A DNA stretch of 63,169 nucleotides, counting the filler, from Diploschistes diacapsis (Eukaryota), in the NCBI GenBank assembly GCA_023645945.1. It is 16 parts of 16 records of this genome, joined end to end, with 100 filler letters (N's around TTAATTAATTAA, not from the genome) between each part and the next. Parts side by side here need not be neighbours in the genome. Positions count along the whole stretch, not along the records: positions 4,492 to 25,603 come from JALAIB010000317.1; 15 more parts are not named here. One strand, 5' to 3'. Positions within the stretch are counted from its first letter, which is position 1. Each line of letters starts with the position of its first letter. Of the stretch, positions 12,601 through 25,703 are shown one piece after another. Under the pieces are notes generated by a model. That model did no database searches and had not been told where the DNA came from. It saw only the letters and a program-made list of their open reading frames with translations. Position numbers and translations under genes: made by a program.

Positions 12601-14226
12601 GTGGCTTAAATTTATTAGCATCTTGGGATAAATGGAACAACCGGAGAAAATAAACCTTCTCTCGGGGCCATCCCACGGTTACCAACATTTCGATCAGTAC
12701 TTGGCCGATCGGTGCTCGGTCGTCGGTTGCCTGCGACACGTTCTCCAGTTGGAGTCTGCTGTATTTGCTGGTCGTCCGGATACCGTATCTTTGCAGTATC
12801 GAGAAGGTACACGAGACTGAGCTCATTGGGATCCCGCTGTATAGAACTTGGTTCGCCTGCCAGTACTACGATTTGTTTGTCAAAAGCTGTCATACTATGA
12901 CCAGACCTTGGTGAAGGAGCAGGTCCCATGTTTTGGAAGGTATACCAGCGCCTTGATGTAATCCTGAACGCCGCAAGGTCTCCCAAATCGTCTCCCTCTT
13001 GAGTTCTTCCGCCGAAGATATACATCACGTCATTTACGAGGGCAGCCGAGTGACCTTCTCTAGGCTGAGGGATATAGCCGATACAGTCCAGCTGATCCCA
13101 CATGTTCGAACGCGGATCGTAGGTCCACACGTCGTTGAACCACTGCACACCATCCGTTCCACCGAAGCTTAATGCAACACATCAAAAAAAGGACTTGCGA
13201 ATTCTGACGGTGGTTAACTTACAGAAACAGCTTGTCGTTCCAAGCAATCACAGAGTGATTGGTTCTGCCCAGCGGCACTGGGTTGCTGGTAGCTCGCTCA
13301 TCGCTGCTGTCCGGGACAAGTAGCTCCCATCGATTCGTAGGGCTTTGCAGTTGATTGAGGTCGAAGGCGAGGATATCGTTGAAAAAATGACCGTCGACCT
13401 GACCACCAAAGACATAGAGCTTGGAGCCAAGAATATTCAAAGTGTGGCCGTATCGACCGGCTGGACGCGGGCCCGGAGGTAGTGCTCTCGACCACTGTTT
13501 GGTTGCTGCTTTTGTCAAACCCGTGCGCGGGGAGGGGATGCTGAGAGCTTACAGGTGTTCAATAAATAGAGGGTATCATCAAGAGGGTCGTTCTCGTCCT
13601 GTTTTGTGTCTCCGCCGAAGACAATGTAGGCATTACCAACTAACAAGCTTGCGTGGCCTACCCGAGGCCCAGGTCCTTCGGCCTCTGTTCTTACGGAGTA
13701 GCAATTGAGACTACCGCTTCCAGCCTCAACCATCCACAGATCTCCCTTCACAGTCTGTCCATCGACCAAGCCTCCCATAACATATATATCGCCCTCTTTC
13801 GAAGAAACGGCATTGACGGCCGCGCCATATCGGGGGAAAGGGCTGGGCTGACTGGCACTGAACGTCAGTTGGCGCTGGGACCATGGGTAGAGATTGGCAT
13901 TGGGCACGGTAGCTGGACCTGATGAGGTCCCAGGTCGTGAGCTAATCTGGACGGAAGTCAGCATTTGGCACATAGATGCTTGCGATGCCCTTCGGTATAG
14001 ATGACGAAGAATTGCTTACCTGTTGATTCGGATCTGGCCCATTACGGACTTGACTGCTGCTCACAGAGTTGAGCGAGTTGTTCACGCTACTCCCAGGGTT
14101 AGGTTGTGGAGCTCCAGCAGCCAGCTTCTGATTCTCGCGAGCGATGGGGGGCGCAGGACTTGGAGCCCCGATTTCCCGACCGGGAGCCTTCTTCTCCTTC
14201 TCTTTCCTCCCAAACAAGAACGACAT
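9642..14226 (-). CDS. teaA: Kelch-repeat / coiled-coil cell-end marker TeaA (Tea1/Kel1 family)
   Basis: ATG at 14226 (MSFLFGRK). Kelch repeats (PFPRYG, GPRVGHAS, PAGRYGHT, PREGHSAA, SPRSGHSM) span four introns. A long coiled coil and the C-terminal LASELENLRTQWE..YRLS..FDFE motif follow. Confidence 0.93.
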
Positions 14227-15396
14227 TGCCGCGTCCTTTTGAGTGCCGAGACTGCGCTTCCGCGATATTCCGTCTAGTTTGCGTGCGCCTTGGAATACAG
14301 ACCTTGGAATTCACGTGAAGTGACCTGTATGCGCACCGAAGTAGTCGGTTTCATGAAGGAGAGCGAAAACGCAGTGCGAACAGAAGTGTGAATGGCTGCC
14401 GTCAACACAATATAGATCTGCAAAGCTACCGACGCATTCTGTAGGACCTGGTAGAAATGAACGAGCCGGTAAATCAGATAGGACGAGTTGCGAGGAATTT
14501 CTGTTGTGCGTCGTGTTGAAGCTATAATTTGCAAAGCATCACAGCCGACGTCGTCAACGCTACGGCAAACCCAAGGATCTAGACAGGTTGGATAGTCCAA
14601 GTTGGCGAGGGTTGTAGACAGAGGATTGCGCTGGAGGCAGAAAAAAAAGGATAGGAACAAGAATAGATAGATTGCTGATGGGGTTGAAAAAAAAAGGTCG
14701 GGCTACAGATGGTAATAGTAGTAGCGCTGTGAGCCCCCGGAGGCATCTTGAAGGCAGGCTAGGCTAACTTAATTCGGGGATGATAGGGAAAAAGCCCTGG
14801 GGAATGCTATTGTTATTGTGTGGGAGTATGTATCAGCTAGCTAGTTGGGAGGAGGAAGAGGAGAGACATGTCCGGGGGGCAAAAGGCAAAAGGGACAGAC
14901 AGGCAACTCGCAGCCTTATGGCACAAAGATGCCAAGCTTTGTGTCAACTTCTTACTACCAAATAGTAGCTAGCAAGCATTGGCAAGACGGGAGATGGGAT
15001 GGTCTAAATACCTTCGAGTATATAGACTCCTCACAAATTGAAGCTGTGAGAAGCAAGCACTCTACTTCTACATATTCCTCCTGTTGTAGGGCTCGGAGCC
15101 CCCTTCGGACAGGATTCGCTTAGCTAGTCTAGTTGGCCGGGCCGAGAAATCGGCAGGTCGGATCTGTACGCTCTGTTCTACAAAGCTCCGACCCCCTCGC
15201 CCCTCTACTTGGATGCAAGGGGCGTTCTTGCGCTCCCCGATATCTATCTCCATGTGCATGTTAGCTTAGTACTCGGTTGGTATAAAAAGCAAGCCTTTGT
15301 TGGCTGCTGCTGTGCCTTCGACAGTCGCGCTTGGACAGTTCCAGTCGCTGCTTACAGTGCGGTAGATGCAAGCAAAGTAGAAACCGAAAACCCAAT

Positions 15397-18300
15397 ATGA
15401 GGGTGCCACATGAAGAAACGAACCAAAGCCTTGGATCTTCAAATGACATGTCCACGTACATGGACCTTGTCCGAGCTCAAACAACGCGTCGACCGCAGCT
15501 ACTCAGAGCTACCACTGATGTTGGGCCGCGCAGTCAGTCTCCTAATCCAATCGCTCCGTCGGCGAAGGAGGATGAAAGCTGGGAGCTTCGTCACGGCTGG
15601 GACGAAGAGTACAATTCTGAGGAGTACCTTAGTACTCTACATTCCGTGAGTCTTCTTGTACCTGTCTCGTGCCAATGGCTGATCATCAAGGCTTTCTACA
15701 TGTACTACACCGAGAAGCGTCACGACACTGGCGGTAGACCAAGATCCAGCTTCGAGCTGGAGGGCCCTGTAGGCTGGCGTGTACAAAGTCGGGTGAAGAC
15801 GGTATTCGCGGGACTTATGCTGTGTCTCAACATTGGAGTCGACCCGCCAGATATTGTCAAGACGAACCCAACAGCAACCCTCGAAGCGTGGATCGATCCG
15901 GTTTCTCCGTCTTCGCCCAACACGAAGATTATGGAATCGATAGGGAAGTCGTTACAGTCACATTACGAAACTCTCAGTATCCGTATCCGATACAAACAAT
16001 TCTTGGACCCGTCTGTGGAAGAGGTGAGGAAATGCTGTGTAACGTTACGGAAAAATGCGAAGGATGAGAGAGTATTGTTTCACTACAACGGCCATGGCGT
16101 TCCGCTCCCTACACCGTCGGGCGAGATCTGGTACTTCAATCGGAATTACACTCAGTACATACCCGTGTCCCTGTACGATCTGCAGGCATGGTTAGGTGGC
16201 CCCAGCATCTACGTTCTAGACGCTTCTCACGCTGGAAACGTGATTGCCAACTTTGGGCGCTTCATCGAGAAGCACGAAACCGAAAACGCCGAAGCTCTTA
16301 AAGAGGATTCGAATGCTCCGGTTCTGTCCTATGCGGATAACATTTTGCTTGCTGCCTGTGGTAAAGACGAGCTTCTTCCCACTAACCCCGACCTGCCGGC
16401 CGATCTCTTCACTTCTTGCCTTACCACGCCCGTTGCAATATCTTTGCGATGCTTCTTCCTTCAGAGTCAGCTCTCCCTGCCTCTGACCTTGAAGGAGCTT
16501 GATAAAATTCCAGGGAAATTGCAGGAGCGAAGGACACCACTCGGTGAGCTGAACTGGATTTTTACTGCAATAACTGACACCATCGCCTGGAATTGCTTGC
16601 CTCAAGACATCTTCAAAAAACTGTTCCGGCAGGACTTGATGGTGGCAGCACTGTTCCGAAATTACCTCCTTGCAGACAGGCTAATGAGGCAGAATGGCTG
16701 CCACCCAGAAACGGAACCATCCTTACCACATACGCACGAGCATCCGCTCTGGCAATCGTGGGATCTCGCCCTTGAAATGGTCCTCACCCAGCTTCCGGAG
16801 ATGATTATTTGCGATGGTGGGGGGCCACACTATGAGTATAAGCATTCAAGCTTCTTCACCGAGCAATTGAGCGCCTTCGAGGTCTATCTATCCCAAGGCG
16901 CTCTTGAACGCAAGGCTCCACAGCAGCTACCTATTGTGCTACAAGTCCTCCTCAGCCAGGTTCATCGACTCCGCGCCTTGATCCTTTTGAGCCGTTTCTT
17001 GGATCTCGGTCCGTGGGCGGTAAAGCTCGCACTGAACATCGGCATCTTTCCATACGTCTTGAAACTCTTGCAATCTGCTGCGATTGAACTCAAGCCCGTC
17101 CTGATCTTTATATGGGCCAGGATACTCGCGGTTGATAATTCTTGCCAGAACGATCTCATCAGGGACAATGGGTATAAGTATTTTCTAGGCACCATCCAGC
17201 CGGAACAGGGTATACCCGTCGCTAACCACAGCGAGCATAAGGCTATGGCAGCTTTTATTATCGCGATGTTCTGTAAAGACTTTCATCAGGCAAAAGTGGT
17301 TTCCCTAACAAGAGACCTCTTTCTGGCCTGCATTGGACATTTAGGCGATCGCGAAAATCCTCTGCTGCGGCAATGGTGCTGTCTGTGCATCAGCACCTTG
17401 TGGAAAGACTATCCGGAGGCGAAATGGACTGGCACGCGAGATTCTACCCACCAGATCTTGTGTCAAATGGTCCTAGACCCCGTTCCTGAAGTGAGGACGG
17501 CGGCCATCCATGCTCTGACCACCTTCCTTGGGTACTCTGATATCACGGAACAAGTTTCGCAGACGGAGCAGGCTATTGCCTCGGCACTTATCATGATGAC
17601 CTCTGATGGCAACAGCATGGTTCGTAACGAACTCCTCGTCTTCTTTTCCACTTTCATCAAGCGGTATGAGAATAAATTCATCGTTGCTGCATATGAAGAA
17701 TTGGCTGAGGAGCTGCGCAAATTGAAGGAGCCGGCCATCTTGGAGGTCGATATGACCCGCAAGTCTGCGCTCCAGTACGGGCGCGGCAATGTTAACGGCC
17801 ACCGCCCAGGCCCGAGAGAGAGTATCTCAAGAAATAGCGTACATGCTACCATGTGGAAGCATATCCTCATCCTCACACTTGATCCCCATGCAGATGTTGC
17901 TCAGAACGCAACAATAATATCGGATTATGTTCATAGAAAATTGCTTGCCTCCCCTCTCAAGGTCCATTCTCGAGCCATAATGAACGATCTACTTCGCCTA
18001 AGTAGTAAAACTATGCAGTCAAGACCACCCTCACCGGCGCCTCTGCCTCGGCTTACTGACGTTCCTGTCACACCAGCAGATACCTCGCCGAAAAGGAATG
18101 AAGGGTACTTTTCGGGCGGCTTCTCACGTACAGCAAGTGCCATACTTAGCAGTTTGTCTTTTCGGTCGTCAGGTCCTCACGAAAATCACACAGTCCCAGA
18201 CATGCCATCAAAACCACCCGAAACACCGAGGAATGGAACTCAAATACGCACCAGAGCACCCGATGACTGGAGTCGACCTCCAGACGCCCATGACCCTCTG

Positions 18301-19738
18301 CAACAATTGGTTACTTACGAAAAGGCCAAAGCTCCTTTGCCGAGAGGATTTGAAGAAAAGAGCGAACTCGCAAAAGCTCTTGAGGGTATCGGTGAAGGAG
18401 GCGATAGCACCATTCCGCTGAAGAGCACTTTTTTCGAGTGGTCCACCGAGTATTTCCGCGAACCTCAGATGAAGACAAGCGAGCCGGACGAACCAGGAAG
18501 TGACGACTATAATTCGAGGTTGTGGAGACGAAGTCGGAACGAGAAAATAATCAACCTCACTCAGCCGCTCAAGAATCTTGCGGGGTCGAACAAATGGGAC
18601 CATCCAAACGGTGCTTTCCTTAGTACTAGTCAGCCACGGCAGCTGTGTTTTCATCAATTCGAGGATCATCTTGCTGTTGCCGACGACAAAGACAACATTT
18701 GGTGAGCAGAGAATGGTCCATAATTTTACTTCCTAGCTGATGTGTACAGTATTTGGAACTGGCAACGGAAGTCTAAACTCAATCGATTCTCTCACAGCAA
18801 TCCGACCGGCTCACGAATAAATGAGATACGCTTCATCAACGAAGATGACCAAGCTCTGCTTCTTGCAGGCTCCTCAGACGGCGTCCTCAAGATATACAGG
18901 GACTACGATGAAGGCGACAAGATAGAGATTGTGTCCGCGTTTCGCGGTCTCACCGACCTGGTCCCTAGCACGAAGAATGTCGGTCTTGTGCTCGACTGGC
19001 AGCAGAGCCAAGGGAAGCTTCTTATCTCCGGCGATGTGAAAGTTGTTCGGGTTTGGAACGCAGCAACTGAGATCTGCACAAGCGTGAGTAGATTGTCCTC
19101 ATCTGTAATGAAGACTAACGGGAGAAGGAACTGCCGTCGCGTTCAAACTCCTGCATTACTGCTTTGACATCAGATCAAGTGGCAGGTAACATTTTTGTCG
19201 CTGGGTTCGGAAACGGCAAGATTCAAGTCTTTGATCAGCGGGAGAAGCCGACTACATCTATGATCAAGCGATATAGTAGCCACAAGCAATGGATTACCAA
19301 CGTCCATATGCAGCGTGGAGGCATGCGAGAACTCATCAGCGGCAGTCGCAACGGCGAGATCAAGCTGTGGGACATTCGGATGTCGGATGAACTCCGCACC
19401 ATCAAAGCAACGCGGAACACACTGCGAACGCTTAGTGTGCACGAGCATGCTCCGGTCTTTGCTACGTAAGTGCTCTCAGCCAGTCTGCACGGCATGAAGT
19501 ACACTAACCGGCGCTTTTCAGCGGTTCCGAGACCCACCACGTCAACTTCTTTAACGTAAACGGATCGTTTCTCAACAGCATCGAACCATCTTCGGGAATA
19601 CTTCACACACGGTCGTCTCCGATTGCAGCTACTGCCTTCCACCCTCACCACATGATGCTGGCGTGTTCGTCCCTTCACGACCATCACGTTAACATCTTTA
19701 GCTGCCAAGACAGGCGGAATCTTGTTCCGGAGTTTTGA
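15397..19738 (+). CDS. KOG1: TORC1 subunit Kog1/Raptor
   Basis: Raptor N-terminal motifs (CLNIGVDPPD, LFHYNGHGVP, ADLFTSCLTTP, LGELNWIFTAITD, LLSQVHRLRAL), then HEAT and WD40 regions. Intron donors at 15646, 18702, 19084 and ~19466. Stop TGA at 19736-19738. Start ATG uncertain (15397 or a slightly later Met). Confidence 0.96.
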
Positions 19739-20253
19739 TCCTGGTGTCTTTTCAATGTATTTTCGGTGATACCCTGGGGTCTTCTTTGGGGCCTTGAATT
19801 ATGATTCTGACGGCCTTGGTAATGAATGGGAACGGCGCTAGTCTGAATGGTGGATGTCTGGTGAAGCAAGGACCAACTAGCACGGCTTCTCGGATCCTGT
19901 GTTGAACATTAATATAATTGCTATGCTACTATCTTTCATGACCTATAATGGAAGGATTCATGCCTCATGATAACTTTCTCTTGTGTTGAGCATAGAACAA
20001 ACCCCCTTAGTTGCGCATGGTTTCCAGCGGTGTCTATTTATTAGCAAGTACTATTTATTCCCTTTGGTGGGAATTGAGGCTAATAGATGGGACACAGCTG
20101 GATCTTGCAAATCATCACTTAGTAATCATCTTTATAGAAATGCTTCAACTGCCTTTCATTCACACCATGAAAACCTAACCCAGGCGATCCTATTTTATAA
20201 GTTCTTCGGGGGGAGGATTGATAATTCCATCCAGGTGATTGCGATAGCCGTCA

Positions 20254-21593
20254 ATGGTCACGGAAGCGGAGCAAAGTCTCCTCAAAGAAGCCGAGAGCCA
20301 CCGCAGTGTTCCCGGGCATAGCAATTTGCCACAAACTGCAATTTACCTACCGCATGAGATACTGCTGGAGATTGTATCCTATATAGCTCAAGATCCCGAT
20401 AGTCAGGCCAGCCTCGCGTCTTTCTGCTTGGTATGCCGCAGCTGGTATCATGCTGCAGTGGAACAGCTCTACCATTATCCAATTATAACCGGTAGGAACT
20501 ATGAATTGTTTGTCAGGACATTGTGTCCATCCATAAACCCTCATGTGCGCCTTTCCGGCATTGGCAGCCTTGTCCATAGGCTTGACATGAAGCGGCTGTT
20601 ACACGATGGGAGTAAGAGTTTGACTGCTAGATTACTGGGCAGAGTCAAGGAGAACCTGGTAGTCTTTGATGCACCTGCGGCGACTTTCTCGTGAGTCTAA
20701 ATGAGATTTTCAAGTCTTTGGATCGTACTGAATTCGCTGAATATTAATGCTCTCATAGATTGAATTGCTTTGCTGCGCTCGCCAAATGCCAGAGTCTCAA
20801 GATTCTCGACCTGGAATTGGTGATGATTCGCGTGGATCTCATATCGCTTTTCAAGGTCATTAGCAAGTTGCCGAAGCTTCAGCGACTCTATCTGCGTGGA
20901 GTCACTATCGCAGACAAACAAAAGACTAAGGATTTGTCCGGTAGCTGGCCACCGAGTCTCGATCTCCTCAGCATCAAGGGGCATATCTGTGCTTGCGGGA
21001 TTCACTTCTTGAGCCTCTGCTTACCTGAGACTAATTGCAAGCTTGCTTTTCTAGGACCTCCGAGTCATTGCATGGCTTGCCCTCGTGGCGACTACATGAT
21101 TGCTTCTACTTTAGGCGCCAACCTTCGACGCTTGGAGCTTGGACTGTATCCCTCTTTTCCCTTCGGCAATAGTGAAATGTTATTACTACTCTTTCCAAAT
21201 CTTATCGTCCTCTCTATGGCTTATCTCAACCTCAAAGCTGCCACGTTCACCACAATCAGCAATCGAAACCCAGCTCATCCTCTCGTGTGGTTAATCTTGA
21301 ATGATGCTGGCCTTCGAGAGCTGCACGAATGGGGAAAGCCGATACTATATGATGAATGGGGCATGCATGACCTTGTTGGAGCTGTCAAAGCGGGAGGTTT
21401 GGGGAATCTTCGCCAGGTTGCGTTTGTGAGCGACGAACCAACGGAGTTTGTTGATTGGATTTCAGAAACACCCGGTGGAGATTACATGGAAGAGCTAGTC
21501 GATCTAATGCAAGCGCTCGAGGACCAGGAGGTCCAAAAACAGGGAGCGAGTTATGAGGCAAAAGAGACGGGCGTCTGGTCCAAGTTATACTAA
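20254..21593 (+). CDS. F-box protein with RNI/LRR-like C-terminus
   Basis: F-box motif YLPHEILLEIVSYI...LVCRSWY. One GTGAGT...ATAG intron (~20691-20758) joins the two ORFs in frame. Leucine-rich repeats follow. Confidence 0.85.
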
Positions 21594-23066
21594 ATGCTCG
21601 GATATTTCATTCCACTTGTGCCAAACAAGTTGAGACTGCCAATCCAATCCTTGGAAACTCTATGGTTCTTAGGCAGTCCTAAACAGGCTAAGGGTACTAC
21701 GCGCTTCTTCAAGCGTCATGGTGCTGATCGGCGCTTCAATGGTCCCCTTGTTCAAGCCCCTTCTCGAAGGTTTGCTATAGAGCATACAAGGGGCGGCAAG
21801 GCCATGAGCGTTCTCACTTCTCATCAGGAAATTCCTTACCACGATTTAATTTCTTCAAACCGTTATGAATAACGACGGTGGCGCTGGGTATTTGCATAAA
21901 CGGACGTTCTTCTGCGATTCTCAGCTTTGATACATGTCCACTTGACCCTTCTACCAACGAAGCCTTTGAAACTGTCTTTGGCCGTCTTGCGCTAAGCAAA
22001 GCTAGTGGTGCTGACGTCCAGAGTTTTGAAACTGCCCTGTACGAAGTCCTGCATCAACGCCGGGGAACTGCGTGTACCTCACGCCACGTACACACCAGAA
22101 TACAATACTAATGTAAGACTTGGAGCTAAGCTCCTAAGTTATCAGCAGCACTTATGTAACGACCTCTTTCTCCCATTTTGTATGTAGTTATTACTTGGAA
22201 CTAATTTCCTAGAACTCATTTACAGGGACATGCAGGGCGAAACGGAGAGAACAGCTGCCAGCAGGAGAACCGCATCTTTTTGACTGTCAATCAAGCTGAA
22301 TATTGTCTGAAGCGTGATCCGGATGTACCCTTGCTTTTCTTGACTACCAAAAAACTCCAAACCTTGGCTGGCCTTGTGTACGCGATTATCATTTTGGCGG
22401 TCTTGCCGAAGAAGGGCTTCAGCTTCAGGTGCGGAAATCTAGCTCGCAGTGACGGGAACATTTTCAGAGCCAGTTTTGATGCATGAAACAAGGGTATATG
22501 TTGCTCATTGGCCTGTTCATCATTTGGTCTGTTCGAGATCGTAGTCAACTCCATGGGACCTAAACGTAGCCAGAGAGACAGTTGTATATTTAAGAATAGT
22601 AAAGAATTCCGATGTCAAAAATGGTAGTTATCGTGGAGTTTTTTGTTTCCTGATATAGAAACTCGGCAAATGCACGCTAAACCCAAAGCTTGCTTTTCCA
22701 TTCACTCCCATAATTAGGCTGCCTTATTTCTACCGCAATAGTACTAGTTATTCACTACTTATTACTGCAGCCGGGCCCAGCACTGTAAGATCACTATTTC
22801 CAACCGCTTGGCTTGCTTGCTTTGCTTGCTTGCTTTCCCCTTCCCTCTCCATCTCACCATCCCCACAATCATCACCATACCCCCATCCAGATCTTCCTCT
22901 GTACCGCAGGAACTCTTTTCCTGTAGAGAGGAGATCTCAACGCTGGTGCTCCTGCTCGGATATCCACATAATCATAATCCCATCGCGGGAGACACGGTCG
23001 CACGTTCAACCACCACCTACTCACCCGCCTAGTCCCATCAACGCCACTAATCCCGGTCTTTGTCAG

Positions 23067-23234
23067 GTGAGTTTTCTGTCTCTACTCATCGTAAACCTCG
23101 TGATGCAAGTCAAACATTCTACATTCACTTAATCATCCAGATGCCTAACTCTGTTTGCTCCGGCACGCACGCTTGTTCAAGAGTCTGTGTTTTCTGTGAG
23201 CAAGCGTGTGTTGTGCATTTGCGTGCGTGGTGTG

Positions 23235-23265
<31 letters not shown>

Positions 23266-23344
23266 TCACCGCCGAATCACCCAAATTCGCCCCAAATCAA
23301 CTCGTCTCCACTTCCTCAACCCTAACTAACCTTCCTTCAAGCAG
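23067..23344 (+). promoter_or_regulatory. Probable 5'-UTR intron of the CK1 gene containing a (GT)n tract
   Basis: CAG/GTGAGT donor at 23067, ACTAAC branch site near 23325 and GCAG acceptor at 23344. (GT)n at ~23236-23262. ATG lies 140 nt downstream. Confidence 0.65.
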
Positions 23345-23484
23345 GCCCCCAAACCTAATCAACCTCATCCCTCCAGGCGTCGGCTCTACTTAAAGAGTTG
23401 TCGTCTCCAACCTAGAATCCCTCGATCTCTCAAAAAAAAGTCCCGACAACAGCCCAGAGACCGACTCCATCTACAACCGTCAAA

Positions 23485-25174
23485 ATGACGACCATGGTGC
23501 GTATTCCCAGGTCTGGTGTCAAGACATCCACAACCCTTGCTGGCTTTGAACATACATGCGGTATGGAGGATGCATATGGGCAGAAACGCGATCTTTCAAG
23601 CCAGCCAACAAAGGAGTACGACTTCTTAGTTTGCTTACTGGGTCAAGAAAAGAAGCGGGACGCGTTTGAAACGGATTGAAGCAAAATTAGCCAAGATCTT
23701 ACTGACATGCCCTATCCAGGACCTTCGCGTCGGCAACAAGTACCGCATTGGCCGTAAGATCGGTAGTGGAAGCTTTGGTGACATCTACCTTGGTAAGTGC
23801 GTATTTTGTGCTTTTTGTCCAAGGTTTCCTAACAATCTCAAGGCACCAATATCATCTCCGGTGAAGAAATTGCCATCAAGCTTGAGAGTGTCAAGGCCAA
23901 ACACCCTCAACTCGAATATGAAGCTCGTGTCTACAAGTCTCTTGCTGGAGGAGTTGGGATTCCCTTTGTCCGCTGGTATGGAACCGAGTGTGACTACAAC
24001 GCCATGGTGATGGATCTCCTTGGACCTAGCTTGGAGGATCTCTTCAACTTCTGCAACCGCAAATTCTCCTTGAAGACTGTTCTTCTCCTGGCAGACCAGC
24101 TCATTTCTCGCATCGAGTACATCCACGCCAAGTCCTTCATCCACCGTGATATCAAGCCGGACAACTTTTTGATGGGCATTGGCAAACGTGGCAATCAAGT
24201 CAACGTGATCGACTTTGGTCTCGCCAAGAAGTACCGTGACCCCAAGACTCACTTCCATATCCCTTACCGTGAGAACAAGAACTTGACTGGTACTGCCCGT
24301 TATGCCAGTATCAACACTCACTTGGGCGTCGGTAAGCATTTTCTTCTTCCCCCCCCCCCGGTTAGTTGTTACATCGTCTGACTTGTCTAGAACAATCCCG
24401 TCGTGATGACATGGAGTCTTTGGGCTACGTAATGCTCTACTTTTGCCGCGGATCTCTTCCCTGGCAGGGACTCAAGGCTGCTACCAAGAAGCAGAAGTAT
24501 GATCGCATCATGGAAAAGAAGATGACCACGCCCACCGAGGTTCTTTGTCGTGGATTCCCCAACGAGTTTGCCATTTACTTGAACTACACGCGTTCGCTCC
24601 GCTTCGACGACAAGCCGGATTACTCGTACCTTCGTAAAATTTTCCGTGACCTCTTTGTCCGTGAAGGATTCCAGTACGACTACGTTTTTGACTGGACCGT
24701 CTACAAGTACCAAAAGAACGCCCAGGCTATGGCCCAGGCTTCTGGCGCTCAGCAGGCTGCCCAGGAGGAGGAAGAGAAGCCTTCCCGCCACCGAGCCGCA
24801 GGTCAGAACACAACCCACCCAACCACGCTCCCTCGACCTCACTAAACAAATCAGGTGCTATCTCCACTCAAAGACGCAAGGTAGCTGATCGTGGTACTGG
24901 TGTTGATACTCCAGAGACCAACCGTGCTGTTGGAGGTAGCGACCGGATGTGAGTTCTGAACCTCGGTTCCTTGTAAGGAACTCTCTCTCTCTCGAGTGCT
25001 TGATCGTCTTTCACCGCTTCCGTGGAGAGTCTCCGTGGGTTTAAGCATTCTGACTAATGCGCAGTCTTCGTCGTTAGGCTACGCTCTGCCACTAAAGGTG
25101 CTACTGCTGGTTATGGAAACTCTGGATCATACCGTGTTAAACAGGATGGTGGATCTAGCTGGGCAAACTATTGA
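23485..25174 (+). CDS. HRR25: Casein kinase I delta/epsilon-type (Hrr25/Hhp1/CkiA)
   Basis: Micro-exon MTTM (23485-23496), then [46 protein letters not shown] and [13 protein letters not shown]. Five coding introns. Long isoform ends ...SWANY* at 25174. Confidence 0.97.
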
Positions 25175-25703
25175 TTGAAGCGGTTGATGAGGAAAGCCGG
25201 TATTTGCTTCTCGGATTTCCTCACCATTCGACTTCCACTCCATTTGCCTTAACATTGGCACTTTTCGAGCTTCGACTTCGAACGACAACACTCAACTTTG
25301 ATGGTTACGGTGTACCATACGGTCGATCTTTTCAAGTCTCTTCAATTCTACGGTGTCCGGTATTTATTGGCTCGTTCCTGGCCGACCTTACATTGTCATG
25401 TTGCATCCCTCAAGGAGCACACCTTTGATCATATTGACAATGTTGGCAGACGGTTGGGAATGAATGGCACGCCGCTAGTGGGTCGGCCCCTTACTTTTGC
25501 CTACTTCGAGTAATGAAGATGGCCGAACTACGATCTGCCGGGTATTGGTTTGCACCGAAAACGACTGTCAGAGGTCCTTTGAAGCTTGCTCAACACAGAA
25601 AACNNNNNNNNNNNNNNNNNNNNNNNNNNNNNNNNNNNNNNNNNNNNTTAATTAATTAANNNNNNNNNNNNNNNNNNNNNNNNNNNNNNNNNNNNNNNNN
25701 NNN

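Noticed and set aside
15331..15396. KOG1 start at 15331
   Set aside because: TTG start from a prokaryote-style ORF caller. The first in-frame ATG is at 15397.
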